DNA of 64,000 nucleotides. Source: Antedon mediterranea. Lineage: Eukaryota > Animalia > Echinodermata. The stretch's first letter is position 1, and every line of letters starts with the position of its first letter. The notes beneath the pieces are model-generated. The model did no database searches and was not told the origin of the DNA. It saw only the letters and a program-made list of their open reading frames with translations. The translations under genes and the position numbers were made by a program. Where the stretch lies: contig NC_092670.1 in the NCBI RefSeq assembly GCF_964355755.1, forward strand, positions 21,004,795 to 21,068,794. Reading direction: 5' to 3'. Of this stretch, positions 1-12,900 are shown one piece after another.

Positions 1-814
1 ATCTCAAGTAGTATACGTATGAAACGCCATATGTGCAAAAATATTTATCTTTTTATTAAAATTAGAACAAAACTAGTGTAATCATAATTATTATTATAAA
101 TCATTTATTCAAATTATCAATAATTACAACGGTATACCAGTTTTTTACCATATAAAGGGTCTATCACAGTTTCGTTTTCATGAGGCTATGCGCATATCGA
201 TTGGCGCATAGCCGCGTGTAGCGTCGTTAAAACGGAATACTGACGGCGCCGGATTTTGGATATGTATACCAAATATCGATTTATCTGCATCTGCGTCCGT
301 CAAATTGTGTCTCTTGTGTAAACAGCCAATCATCGCCGAGTGTGTTATATAAAATTGATGGAGGACCGATTGAAGTGCTGTGTTAAAATCAATATCACTG
401 CGCGCTCTTTAGGCCTAAGTATATTAATGCAGTTAAAATGCAAATAGTTGACACTCAACTTAATCAAACTCAATTTTTAATAGTTTAACTTAACTTTAAC
501 GTGGCCTTCGGTTCACTGATTGAAATGTGTAATTTTCAATTCAATATTTTTGATTGGATCGTATTAGGCTCTATAAAACAATTTTAAGCTGAAGTTATTA
601 CACCTTGAGAAAATGACAAAAAAATCTCTCGACGGTTTCGCGTGCGTGTTCGATGTCGACATTATGTGGTAAGTGGTAGCTTGTGTTTGTCAGAGTTGTC
701 GCCCGCGTGTTTGTCCTGTGCACAATTAGAAAGAAGTCATCATTGTCGGTCTGTTTTACTCGTTATCTTTTTTTTTGTGGTATAGTCAAAAGGTTTTCTC
801 GTTTTTTTGCGTTA

Positions 815-974
815 AGCTCTGTCTACACTCTATCACACTTTATGTGGCAACCAAATTTGATGTGCCCAATGGACGATGATGATGTCATATCACTGCCATA
901 TTTGGGCATATCACTGCCATATGGGCAAATCACACTTGTTTTTGTCAAACTAGTTTGATGGTGTAGACGGATCT
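815..974. mobile_element. PIF/Harbinger-like MITE family A
   Basis: TIR AGCTCTGTCTACACTATCAAACT, TWA flanks, internal ATGATGTCATATCACT.CCATATTTGGGCA. Confidence 0.85.
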
Positions 975-1142
975 TAAACTACCACTTTTTTCATTTCATC
1001 ATATCATAATAAATACATCATCCTTTTTTATATTGTTATTTTCGTTCTTATATTATATATATATATATTTTTTTTTTTCAGTAAGTGGTTGGATCATTAC
1101 AATTTGATGAATAAGTTACTTAGTTTGATTTGTGAAAACTGA

Positions 1143-1221
1143 ATCACCAGTAGGCCTATCACCAGTAGGCCTATCACCAGTAGGCCTATCACCAGTAGGC
1201 CTATCACCAGTAGGCCTATCA
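1143..1221. repeat. 15-bp tandem repeat (ATCACCAGTAGGCCT) x5
   Basis: Five perfect copies read directly. Confidence 0.95.
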
Positions 1222-1737
1222 AATAACACAAAGAGAATGTTTCTATAATGTATTTACAATCCTTTTAATAATTTAATGTTAAACTTTAAAACGACTAAAG
1301 AAAGCAAGGTAATGGACATAAACGTGACGTCAACACGTACGTAGGCCTAATTGTCCTTCTTCTTCTTCCTGTGGCATGCTTCATTAATGCCAGGCACCAT
1401 TATAATGAGAGGCACACAGTTGACGTATGCGTACACACGTTCTTGATGACTCCTTGACGACTACAACTTTTTTTTAAAGTTACATAAAATAATCGTAATT
1501 ATTCTTATGGAACCGAAATCCAAGCATACATTTTCAATTATATTATTTATAGCAACACCATGGCAATCTGTTATAGCAATCTGTCAGATTGCCTTGCAAT
1601 CTGTCAGATTGCCTTGGTGCTAATATTGACGTTACTAAACAATGCTTTTCTAGAATAAATTGCAATCTGCTCAGAGCTGCCATTGTTTTCTATTAAAGGC
1701 GGTAAGAAGATCACTCAGGTCCTACTGTAATTCCTCG

Positions 1738-2817
1738 TCACTTCCACTTGATACATTTTACCATAGCAATCCGGACCTTTTTATTAGTTATGGCGTAAAG
1801 TATGGGATTGAACACGGAATCTGCATACATAATCAAATGTATCCACTTCCAGTGTCTTCTGTCTTCAAACACCATCGTAAAATTTTTCATAACTCCAGTT
1901 ATCCCCAACGGGGCCCAACAAACTAAGAACGTTGATAGTATCACGCCCATCATAATCGCTGGTTTAATGTATCTTCGCTTGAAGTCTACATGTGTCGATG
2001 ATTTATTTTTATCAGTAGGCCTATGCACGTTCGGAAATTTTGATGACATGTCGTCTGCGTTTTGAGCGCGATCATTTTTGGATGGGTTTACTGCAACGGT
2101 GTTAACTGTGGCGGACGCACCATCGTCCATAATTCCTACTCTACGTCGGCGTAGAATTCTTTTTCGGATATTCAAAAACGTATTCAAATTGAAATATGCA
2201 ATTACCGACATTGGCACGAATAACAGAATAAATAGAAGAAATAAGTTTGATAATGTTTCGGGTATGGTATGGAAGTTACAATACAGATCGTCTGCTGTTG
2301 TGTCATTAAATCCCACTACCTCATAGTAGACAATCTCATTGGTTGTCATTGTTACTATTGAGAACACCCAGGTGAAACTAATTTGCATATTCACTTTTCG
2401 CTTTGTTTGAGCTTCCAGGTAAACGGGGTATTCCTTGTGAACGAGCAAGTAACGATCTAAGCTTATGAACGCAATGGTATAAATCGTCACAATGAGAAAG
2501 CTTCCCTCTATTATAGATTTAAGCATGCACATGACTACGCCAAATGGCCATCGGTCTAGCGTGGTGACAACGATCAGCAGTGGTAGTGGGATCAGTCCAA
2601 CACCAAGATCAGCCGTGGCTAGACTCATGATGTGCCGGTTGCTTTGTGGGTTATTCCTTAATGTTGCGTTTCGCGTGAATACGATAATCGTTAATGCGTT
2701 TCCACCTATGGCTATTATAGACAGGATGCTAACGAGTATATGGGTGAGTATCAATCCTGCAGTAACTTCAAATTCGTCAGACACGTCAGATGTTGACGCA
2801 TTCTCGTCAAACTCCAT
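1738..2817 (-). CDS. Intronless class A (rhodopsin-like) GPCR, aminergic/histamine-receptor-like orphan, 359 aa
   Basis: Seven hydrophobic segments with GN (TM1), SLATAD (TM2), WPFG-C (ECL1/TM3), SLDRY, CWAP (TM6) and NPILY (TM7); N-terminal NAS glycosylation sequon. Confidence 0.93.
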   Translation of the reverse strand: MEFDENASTSDVSDEFEVTAGLILTHILVSILSIIAIGGNALTIIVFTRNATLRNNPQSNRHIMSLATADLGVGLIPLPLLIVVTTLDRWPFGVVMCMLKSIIEGSFLIVTIYTIAFISLDRYLLVHKEYPVYLEAQTKRKVNMQISFTWVFSIVTMTTNEIVYYEVVGFNDTTADDLYCNFHTIPETLSNLFLLFILLFVPMSVIAYFNLNTFLNIRKRILRRRRVGIMDDGASATVNTVAVNPSKNDRAQNADDMSSKFPNVHRPTDKNKSSTHVDFKRRYIKPAIMMGVILSTFLVCWAPLGITGVMKNFTMVFEDRRHWKWIHLIMYADSVFNPILYAITNKKVRIAMVKCIKWK

Positions 2818-3739
2818 TTTCAGCAGGAATTCATCGATGAAATATGAAATTTAATCACTACAACGTACGATGACAGTCATTTATCAACTGTCTCAGCAAA
2901 GATAACCAAGACTCTACACAAAAAAAAGGAAAATTTTAAAAATAAAAATATAATTCGTTTATTTTGACAGTTACTGTCAATTTACGACCTTTAAGCATCA
3001 ATTAACTTATTGACATTTTAGCCATATCAATAGATTGCATTCGATATCGATCGCAAGGCATACGTATAGTTAATTTAAAAGTCTAATAAACCCGTTTCTT
3101 CATTTAATACTTCACAATGAACAATATTGGCTAGATGTATCTAAATAAAGGAGTAATTGTAACATTAGATGATAATAACGACTTTACAGGGAAAAAATAA
3201 AACACTAACTAGGTCAACACTTTTAAAATTAGTTTTAAGGTATAGGCCTATGCGATTATATTCACAGTCGATGGTAAATTATTGATAATACATTAAAAAG
3301 TGCAGTACTCTAAATTCTATTTAATATAATTTGATCGATACCTCGTAGAAGATTAGTATTTTATGGAAAGATGCGCTTGGTATTGATCAATATACGACAA
3401 GATGATAATAATTTTAAGATGCAATGTAATATAAAAAAAATGTGTTTTATTTTGATTAGAAAAGACCTCAGTTTTGCCTCATTAAGATGGAAATGAATTG
3501 TAAAGGTTAGCTGAAAGCGACGGCATGAAATTAAAATTATAATTTCATACTAGAATAATAATAGTTCAATGAAAATATTTTAAAAACATTGGAACGAAAT
3601 GAAATATGCTAATTAGTTGATAAAAATAAAATTTGCATGGACGCTTGATAATGATAATAAGAAAATAACGCCTTATACTATAAATGGTGGAAACAATGGC
3701 ATGTTGAAGATAGACGATGATTTAAAACAAATTTCTTTG

Positions 3740-4198
3740 TTACGATACTGATGGTAACGTTGTTGCCATGATAATGATGACGTTGTTGGTTGCCATGATA
3801 ATGATGGAGTAGTTTCCATGATAATAATGGAGTAGTTTTCATGATAATGACGTTTTCTTTATCATGAAGCTTTGTTATGATATTGATGATGACGTTGTTG
3901 CCATGATAATGATGACGTTGTTGCCATGATAATGATGGAGTAGTTGCCATGATAATGATGGAGTAGTTGTCATCAGTTGGTTGTCATGATAATGACGTTT
4001 TATTTATCATGAAGCTTTGTTATGATACTGATGATGACGTTGTTGCCATGATAATGATGAAGTAGTTGTCATGATAATGATAGAGTAGTTGTCAAGATAA
4101 TGACGTTTTCTTTACATTATCATAAAGCTTTTGTTATGATGCTGATGATGACGTTGTACTGATAATGATAATTATGACATTCTTGTTATGATAATGAC
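3740..4198. repeat. Degenerate GTTGCCATGATAATGATG / (GAT,AAT)n tandem region
   Basis: Many imperfect 21-26 bp units plus a duplicated ~100-bp block. Confidence 0.8.
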
Positions 4199-4448
4199 GG
4201 TTCTGGTGGTAGAACAAGTCTTCTTCTAAGGACTATAAAAAGGACTAGTGTACACATCTGGCTCATGTGCACATTAAAGAACCTAGTACACCTTTCGAGA
4301 CGAGTAGAGGGTTACCCCGTTGTACTAGTTCAGACACAGCCACTATCACAAACTTATAGTACGGTAGTGTACTACACACTGGGCCCTCTCTGGGAGAACA
4401 GTCTTAGACTGAAGAGGCTACCCAGTATAAAGAATAAATAATTAATAA
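4199..4448 (+). mobile_element. 5'-truncated copy of the same Nin/Deu SINE
   Basis: Shares TAAGGACTATAAA, GTGTACACATCT.GCTCATGTGCA, GAGTAGAGGGTTACCCC, GACTGAAGAGG..ACCCAGTATAAA and the tail. Confidence 0.78.
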
Positions 4449-4859
4449 ATAACGACTACGATAACGAAGAACAAAAATGGTAATTGTTGATATCTATATT
4501 ATTATTATACACTATTATAATCAGACAGGGGAATATATAGTAAGCTTGAGGATTCATTCAATTAACCAGTCAATCACGTCTGTTGTTTCCTCAATACACT
4601 AAAGATTCAGAACTACTCTAATAGATTGATTACAAAGCGTCATTCACATTCAACACATTACCTTATTGCCCCAAAAAATAGTAAAAAGGGTTTTGGCAAT
4701 TAGCAATATTTATTACTTTTTAAAGAAAAAACAGATTGAAGAACTTATATAAAAGATTACAAAAATGTAAGCTTCTTAAACTAGCAACTCCGGCTGATTT
4801 TCACTGCTTTTGTATTATTGAAATTAATTAATTTCCAGTTATTACCGGCGGTCTAAAGT

Positions 4860-5900
4860 TTTTCTATTTTTTAGATTATTTTCTTTCTTTCTTTCCTTGA
4901 AAAAAAGAAACATTTATTATATATGGCGTTTGGCCCAAATAATATGTAACAGATAAATAAACTTAACATCAGAGTGCGTTTAAAAATGCTGCTCTACCTT
5001 TAAATGAAATAAATAAATATTTTCCAAGCTTACTAACGAGATCAGTATTTCTAGTAGACATAAGATAAATATATTTTAATTTAGATGGGGATATTCGTTC
5101 TAATATCTCAATAAAATAACAAACTAAAGTGAAGTAATTTCAATAATCTTTCATTTATATTAATACGATTCCATCTTCCTTTTTAAATTTTCAATTCTAA
5201 TATCCCTAGTCTTCGTTTAATCATATTTTTTTTATGATTGTAATTTCTTAATTAAATTAAGTATTCAATTCCAAAATTATAATTTTAATGCGTGTGTAAT
5301 ATTGGAACTTAGACTTTCATGGAATTTTGTTATCGGTTAGCTTTTGTTTAAAATTTGAAATAAAAGTATATAAGTTGTTGACCTGTTGAGCATGCCGTAT
5401 GTTGCTACTATGTATACATAGGCCTAATATTTGTTTTACGTCATTGGCCCAACATTGCTAATTTCTTTGAGCTTTTTTATATTGAAAATCATTGTTTAAT
5501 ATATTTATCATTGCCTTCAGCCAGTAACGAATTACATTACTGCTACTGTACTGGGAATGTGGATTGGGGACTCTTGGTACAGAATTACCTATTCCTAAAA
5601 TATATATACAGAATTTTAAGTGAATTTTCTCTAATATTGATATATCTTTCAACCCCCATATTTCACTCTACCATAAAGTAAAATTGGTAGAATCTAGAAT
5701 AGAATGAAATATAGGCCTAATGATTTTATTTTAACTTGTAAGTTCAAAACGCCTTTTATGTAAACAAAGCCTTATTAGGTTGTTGACAACTGTTTCCTTT
5801 CTTTATTCCAATTACTATTTGAGTTGAAAACAACTCCTAAATATTTGAAAGATTTGACAATGTCAATTGTATTTCCATTTTTCAAATTTCTTAAGATTAC
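4860..5900 (-). mobile_element. Decayed non-LTR retrotransposon ORF2 3' fragment (CR1/L2-group-like)
   Basis: Broken frames give NGNTIDIVKSFKYLGVVFN and EIWG..LEKIHLKFCIYILG, typical of the RT C-terminus/thumb. Confidence 0.7.
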
Positions 5901-6438
5901 TACCATTTTTAAACACTACACTATTACTGTTGGTGTGTGTGTGTGTGTGTCTGTGATGTATATGTGTATGTGCAGTTACATGTTTACATTTATATTATAT
6001 ATAAGTATATAATATTCTTACATGGCTTCCCAATATACAAGTTTTCAATTGGATTTTTGTTTCCAATTGATCGATACTTTCTTGGTTTTTTTTTGCCTCT
6101 TTTATTTTTTATATTACTGAATCACCTTTTTTCATACACTATGATTTACTGTATTATAACTCTAAAAAAAATATATATATATAAAATATCAGAAATTATA
6201 ATGTTTTACTCAAATATGAATATGAAAGAAATAGATGTTTATTTGAATTGAATTGAATTGAATTGAACTTTTAACATTGACAGTTACATCCCATCTTTTA
6301 CAATAAGCAGACAACTTATTTAAATAATGTTGCAAACCACAAACAGTATCACCAAATAATACAAGATCATATGCATAACGTAGATGTGTAATTGATACAT
6401 CTCCTATTCAAATTCTATGTTACGCTTATTAAATCATT

Positions 6439-6715
6439 ATGTATTGTCCTAAAAAACATGAAAAATGAAGATTAACATTGCATCAGGCTTTGAATAGGTT
6501 ATTTTGTAGTAAATCTCTTCCATATAGGAAAACAACCGAAAAAAAATATTTTCACTTATAAAGTGATAAAATAAATTGTTAAATTGAACTAAAAACCCAT
6601 TGGCTGACAGCCAATTTGACACTTTTTCAGTAAATAATTTGTTCAAATTCAAAGTGGATAATTATTATGTGACATTCATTCAACAACAACAACAATTTAA
6701 ATGTTAAATACATCT
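6439..6715. mobile_element. Kolobok-like element, decayed
   Basis: ATGTATTGTCC...AAATACATCT; shares CCATTGGCTG.CAGCCAATTTGAC with 56905-56935. Confidence 0.65.
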
Positions 6716-8679
6716 TAAAAATATTAAATAAAAAGGACGAAAGTGGGGAAACCTGTTGTAGGGCCTATATTGATTAAACATTTTAAAGAAATACTAATAT
6801 TGCCATCGGCCTTAACATGAATATACTCTGTATGTATTTTGTTGTTAAATGATTACTAGATTCAACATTCCCTAATAAATATTTTTATAATAGAATCTAT
6901 CTCCGATCCAACTATCCTTTACGAGTTCAATTCAACAACAACAATCGATCATCTTTAATGTATGGGTAATAACAGGCTGAGGTAAAAAGGTAAACATCTT
7001 ATGTTTTAATGATTTTTTTTGGATATTTCAATTTTGCAAATGTCAATTAATATTGAACGGAGTGGTTCAGATGTGCATCGTACACGTTTACCCTTTCCGT
7101 TACTGGTTTTGTATTTTTGTCAAGGATTTTCGTCAAAAGTATTAAAATAAAAATGTATAGGTATTCGGTACTTACTGTTAAGCCATGCTTTCGAGTATCG
7201 ACAGCCAAAAATAATTGACAAAACCGCTTGGGCTAAAAGTGTGATAGGCACTATACGTTGAGCATAAACCCCGCATCTCGCACTATAACTGTATGGTAAA
7301 GGTATGTTCTTGGTAGCCTACTGTACTGCAGGTTGTGAAAACCGTCGTATACTTGTTAACATTAATTGTAAGGAAATGAAAAAATGGCAATTAGACCACA
7401 AGAATAAATACTAACAATACTTACCATTCGGTCTAATTAGATCGCCGCGTACTAAATCTGATTTCCGTCTATACGCATGACAAAACCAAAATAATTGGAA
7501 GAAAATTAAAGAATATTTTGATTCATGAAGTTACACAGAGCCTGAACCTCTGTGATCACTGCTTCCTTAACCACAGTAACTAAGCAATTAATGAGTAGTC
7601 TGGAAACACATTCTACCACCAACTGACTTTACACTTTCTCCACCAGTGTACAATGTATTTAGGCTTTGATTGACCGTAATGAATTAAATATAATTGGTCA
7701 GTTAGGAAACGTAGGCCTAAGATACGGGTCACAGAAGATTAACAGAAGAATGAGTTCAGATTGGTCCCATTAGGACTCAAGTTGACTATGGTTGTCTAAC
7801 GCGTGCACACGAATCACGAAGCACACGTTTGTTCAGTAAATGTGCATAATTACAATGGTTAGTTCCTCGATGGTTAGTTGTAGACCCAGGCCTTTATGTT
7901 ACCAAGGAATACCATGCATAACATAATGTCATCATAATTATTAACTGTGTAAAGGTTTTGATTCCTTGGTAAAAACAAGCCTATAGTTTTCATTGCTTTT
8001 TGGTATTCAACGACAAATTGAATACAAAACACTTTATATATCGAAAACAGGTTTATCTTCGGAAAACGTACCTGATTGACAAAGAAAAGGATGTAAAAGT
8101 TTAATCATTCGAGAGCAAGCACAGGAATTGTGTAAAGTAAGCTTATTTGGAACTGGTGTCTAGTAGTAATAGAAACGTACTAGGCCTAGTACATCAGTAG
8201 GCCTAAATGGTATTGCGGGAAAACTAGAATTCAGTAGGGCAGCGCGGCTCGGTCGTGATACTTACATCTTCTGGCCTTCCTATAGTAATAGCATGAACCA
8301 CAACTCCTCCTTTTGTTATTTGTCATTGATTTATTTCTAATATTATAAATTTGAAATCTGAAACTATTGTTTGGTTGATTTGTACTAGGGTGTTTTTAAT
8401 TGTATAACGTATAGAAAAGGCCACTTTAATTACTATTTAGAATGACGCACATGACGTCACAAATGTTTTTTAGAATTGTATAATTTCATTTCAAGGACAT
8501 GACATAATGATACTAATGGATATATTAGATAACATTTCATTTCCTTATATTTAAATACAATAGTGTCAACAATAACACAATAGCGGGGGCGCTATTACGG
8601 TTTTTCTGATTGTGATTTTCAACTCAGTCGCGACAGACAGGTTCTTAACAATTATTCATAAGAGTTTGAGTAGTTAGAG

Positions 8680-8886
8680 CAAGGCAACCTAACGGGATGT
8701 TAAGCTTCGGGGTGCAAAGGGTTTATCTGTGGCTACGACACGAGACCAGCTCCACGCCCCTTAAACAGACAACGGAATATAGTACAGTATACTGTTGGAA
8801 TTTGTCGCAGCCGGACATAAGATCAAAATGATATACGATTTCCTATCTTGACAAGGCAAGCTCAGTGTCCTGTTGTTAGTGCCTTG
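8680..8886. mobile_element. P-superfamily-like MITE
   Basis: CAAGGCA...TGCCTTG termini, 7-bp TSD GTTAGAG; homologous to 50056-50242. Confidence 0.8.
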
Positions 8887-9911
8887 GTTAGAGCATGGAT
8901 AAAATGAGAGAGAAGGATTTGTATCGGCGCTAACATTAATCAACAATCAAATCTTCTAGTCTGCTTTCAAACACGACGACCGAGATACATTGTGTGTTTA
9001 TTTATCACTTATATATTTTATTCAGTTATTCAAGTATACCCAAACGCAAAACTTGAATGGTCAAAAACCCCGGGGTGTCTCCGGAGATCACTCCGGAGTT
9101 TTGGTGTGAAAGGGGTATTATATACATAAAAATACATTCATAAAATTTATCAGCAGGAAAAAAGTAACATTTTGCAGTTGAATGCACTTTTTGATAACAG
9201 AAAAGGATTACAATAAAAAAAAATAAAATAAACACATTCCAAATTTAACTCATAAAAGTAACTGATAAATATGATAAGGGACTATAGTCTTACAACGCAC
9301 CGCATTACAATGTTACCGTATGTACGTATCCTGTCAGCATTGCGAGTATAATATTTATGAATGAAATAGTATTACCTCTAGGTGGAAGAAGTGGGAACAA
9401 CTAGGATTCAAAATGGATTTCACAAAGGATATACAAAGATCTCTACGCCTTTCACTAAGGCTCTTTAGAAGCAACACAATCAAAGCATTATTGTATGAAA
9501 TATAATTTCTTCCTACATTAACAACATTTTCAATGCACGTTTCTTAACTCGCTCAATTTTTCTTTTCAATCTCAATTTTTTTTCTTTCTTTTTTTTGTAT
9601 TTATATGGTGTTGGTGATTGTAAAAACAATCAATGTTGATTGAACAAGTTGTACTGTGCATCAGTCTCGTGAATAAACAAAGTTTTTTTAAAATATGGTT
9701 TAATATTAAGCCTCCATTCCAAACCGGAGCGGCGTATTATAACACCGGTCTAACATAACCTATATACACTGACATAAGGTTGAGGGAAGAGACACCACGG
9801 CGTTATAATGTCCTTAAATAGTACAGTTTACTGCTGTTTCCCTTCTTTTTCATAGATATCACTGTTCTTCTAAACTTGAAAGGACTAACCTTCTTTAAAC
9901 CGCAACCACAT

Positions 9912-12900
9912 ACTGGTATGAATGTAGTGCGAGGAATGCGGGAAAGGGCATCGTATAAGGTATGAATGTAGTGCGAGGAATGCGGGAAAGGGCACCGTAT
10001 AACTGGTATGAATGTAGTGCGATGAATGCAGGAAAGGGCACCGTATAACTGGTATGAATGTAGTGCGAGGAATGCGGGAAATGGCATCGTATAAGGTATG
10101 AATGTAGTGCGAGGAATGCGGGAAATGGCATCGTATAACTGGTATGAATGTAGTGCGAGGAATGCGGGAAATGGCATCGTATAAGGTATGAATGTAGTGC
10201 GAGGAATGCGGGAAATGGCATCGTATAACTGGTATGAATGTAGTGCGAGGAATGCGGGAAATGGCATCGTATAACTGGTATGAATGTAGTGCGAGGAATG
10301 CGGGAAAGGACATCGTATAACTGGTATGAATGTAGTGCGAGGAATGCGGGAAAGGGCATCGTATAACTGGTATGAATGTAGTGCGAGGAATGCGGGAAAG
10401 GGCATCGTATAAGGTATGAATGTAGTGCGATGAATGCGGGAAATGGCACCGTATAACTGGTATGAATGTAGTGCGAGGAATGCGGGAAAGGACATCGTAT
10501 AAGATATGAATGTAGTGCGAGGAATGCGGGAAAGGGCACCGTATAACTGGTATGAATGTAGTGCGAGGAATGCGGGAAATGGCACCGTATAACTGGTATG
10601 AATGTAGTGCGAGGAATGCGGGAAATGGCATCGTATAAGATATGAATGTAGTGCGAGGAATGCGGGAAAGGGCACCGTATAACTGGTATGAATGTAGTGC
10701 GAGGAATGCGGGAAATGGCACCGTATAACTGGTATGAATGTAGTGCGAGGAATGCGGGAAAGGGCACCGTATAACTGGTATGAATGTAGTGCGAGGAATG
10801 CGGGAAAGGGCATCGTATAAGATATGAATGTAGTGCGAGGAATGCGGGAAAGGGCACCGTATAACTGGTATGAATGTAGTGCGAGGAATGCGGGAAATGG
10901 CATCGTATAAGGTATGAATGTAGTGCGAGGAATGCGGGAAAGGGCATCGTATAAGATATGAATGTAGTGCGAGGAATGCGGGAAAGGGCACCGTATAACT
11001 GGTATGAATGTAGTGCGAGGAATGCGGGAAATGGCACCGTATAACTGGTATGAATGTAGTGCGAGGAATGCGGGAAAGGGCACCGTATAACTGGTATGAA
11101 TGTAGTGCGAGGAATGCGGGAAAGGGCATCGTATAACTGGTATGAATGTAGTGCGAGGAATGCGGGAAAGAGCATCGTATAACTGGTATGAATGTAGTGC
11201 GAGGAATGCGGGAAAGGGCATCGTATAAGGTATGAATGTAGTGCGAAGAATGCGGGAAAGGGCACCGTATAACTGGTATGAATGTAGTGCGAGGAATGCG
11301 GGAAATGGCACCGTATAACTGGTATGAATGTAGTGCGAGGAATGCGGGAAATGGCATCGTATAAGGTATGAATGTAGTGCGAGGAATGCGGGAAAGGGCA
11401 TCGTATAAGATATGAATGTAGTGCGAGGAATGCGGGAAAGGGCACCGTATAACTGGTATGAATGTAGTGCGAGGAATGCGGGAAATGGCACCGTATAACT
11501 GGTATGAATGTAGTGCGAGGAATGCGGGAAAGGGCACCGTATAACTGGTATGAATGTAGTGCGAGGAATGCGGGAAAGGGCATCGTATAACTGGTATGAA
11601 TGTAGTGCGAGGAATGCGGGAAAGGGCATCGTATAACTGGTATGAATGTAGTGCGAGGAATGCGGGAAAGGGCATCGTATAAGGTATGAATGTAGTGCGA
11701 AGAATGCGGGAAAGGGCACCGTATAACTGGTATGAATGTAGTGCAAGGAATGCGGGAAATGGCACCGTATAACTGGTATGAATGTAGTGCGAGGAATGCG
11801 GGAAAGGGCATCGTATAAGGTATGAATGTAGTGCGAGGAATGCGGGAAAGGGCACCGTATAACTGGTATGAATGTAGTGCGAGGAATGCGGGAAATGGCA
11901 CCGTATAACTGGTATGAATGTAGTGCGAGGAATGCGGGAAAGGGCACCGTATAACTGGTATGAATGTAGTGCGAGGAATGCGGGAAATGGCACCGTATAA
12001 CTGGTATGAATGTGGTGCGAGGAATGCGGGAAATGGCACCGTATAACTGGTATGAATGTAGTGCGAGGAATGCGGGAAAGGGCACCGTATAAGGTATGAA
12101 TGTAGTGCGAGGAATGCGGGAAATGGCACCGTATAACTGGTATGAATGTAGTGCGAGGAATGCGGGAAAGGGCATCGTATAACTGGTATGAATGTAGTGC
12201 GAGGAATGCGGGAAATGGCACCGTATAACTGGTATGAATGTAGTGCGAGGAATGCGGGAAAGGACATCGTATAAGGTATGAATGTAGTGCGAGGAATGCG
12301 GGAAATGGCACCGTATAACTGGTATGAATGTAGTGCGAGGAATGCGGGAAGTGCATCGTATAAGGTATGAATGTAGTGCGAGGAATGCGGGAAAGGGCAC
12401 CGTATAAGGTATGAATGTAGTGCGAGGAATGCGGGAAATGGCATCGTATAACTGGTATGAACGTAGTGCGAAGAATGCGGGAAATGGCATCGTATAACTG
12501 GTATGAATGTAGTGCGAGGAATGCGGGAAAGGGCACCGTATAAGGTATGAATGTAGTGCGAGGAATGCGGGAAAGGGCATCGTATAAGGTATGAATGTAG
12601 TGCGAGGAATGCGGGAAATGGCATCGTATAAGGTATGAATGTAGTGCGAGGAATGCGGGAAATGGCATCGTATAACTGGTATGAATGTAGTGCGAGGAAT
12701 GCGGGAAAGGGCATCGTATAAGGTATGAATGTAGTGCGATGAATGCAGGAAAGGGCACCGTATAACTGGTATGAATGTAGTGCGAGGAATGCGGGAAAGG
12801 GCATCGTATAACTGGTATGAATGTAGTGCGAGGAATGCGGGAAAGGGCATCGTATAAGGTATGAATGTAGTGCGATGAATGCGGGAAATGGCACCGTATA

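Noticed and set aside
1-58. Segment matching 24635-24690 in inverted orientation
   Set aside because: Clearly a dispersed repeat fragment, but too short and cut by the window edge to classify.
1660-2854. Short plus-strand ORFs
   Set aside because: Antisense to the GPCR coding sequence, with no independent signal.
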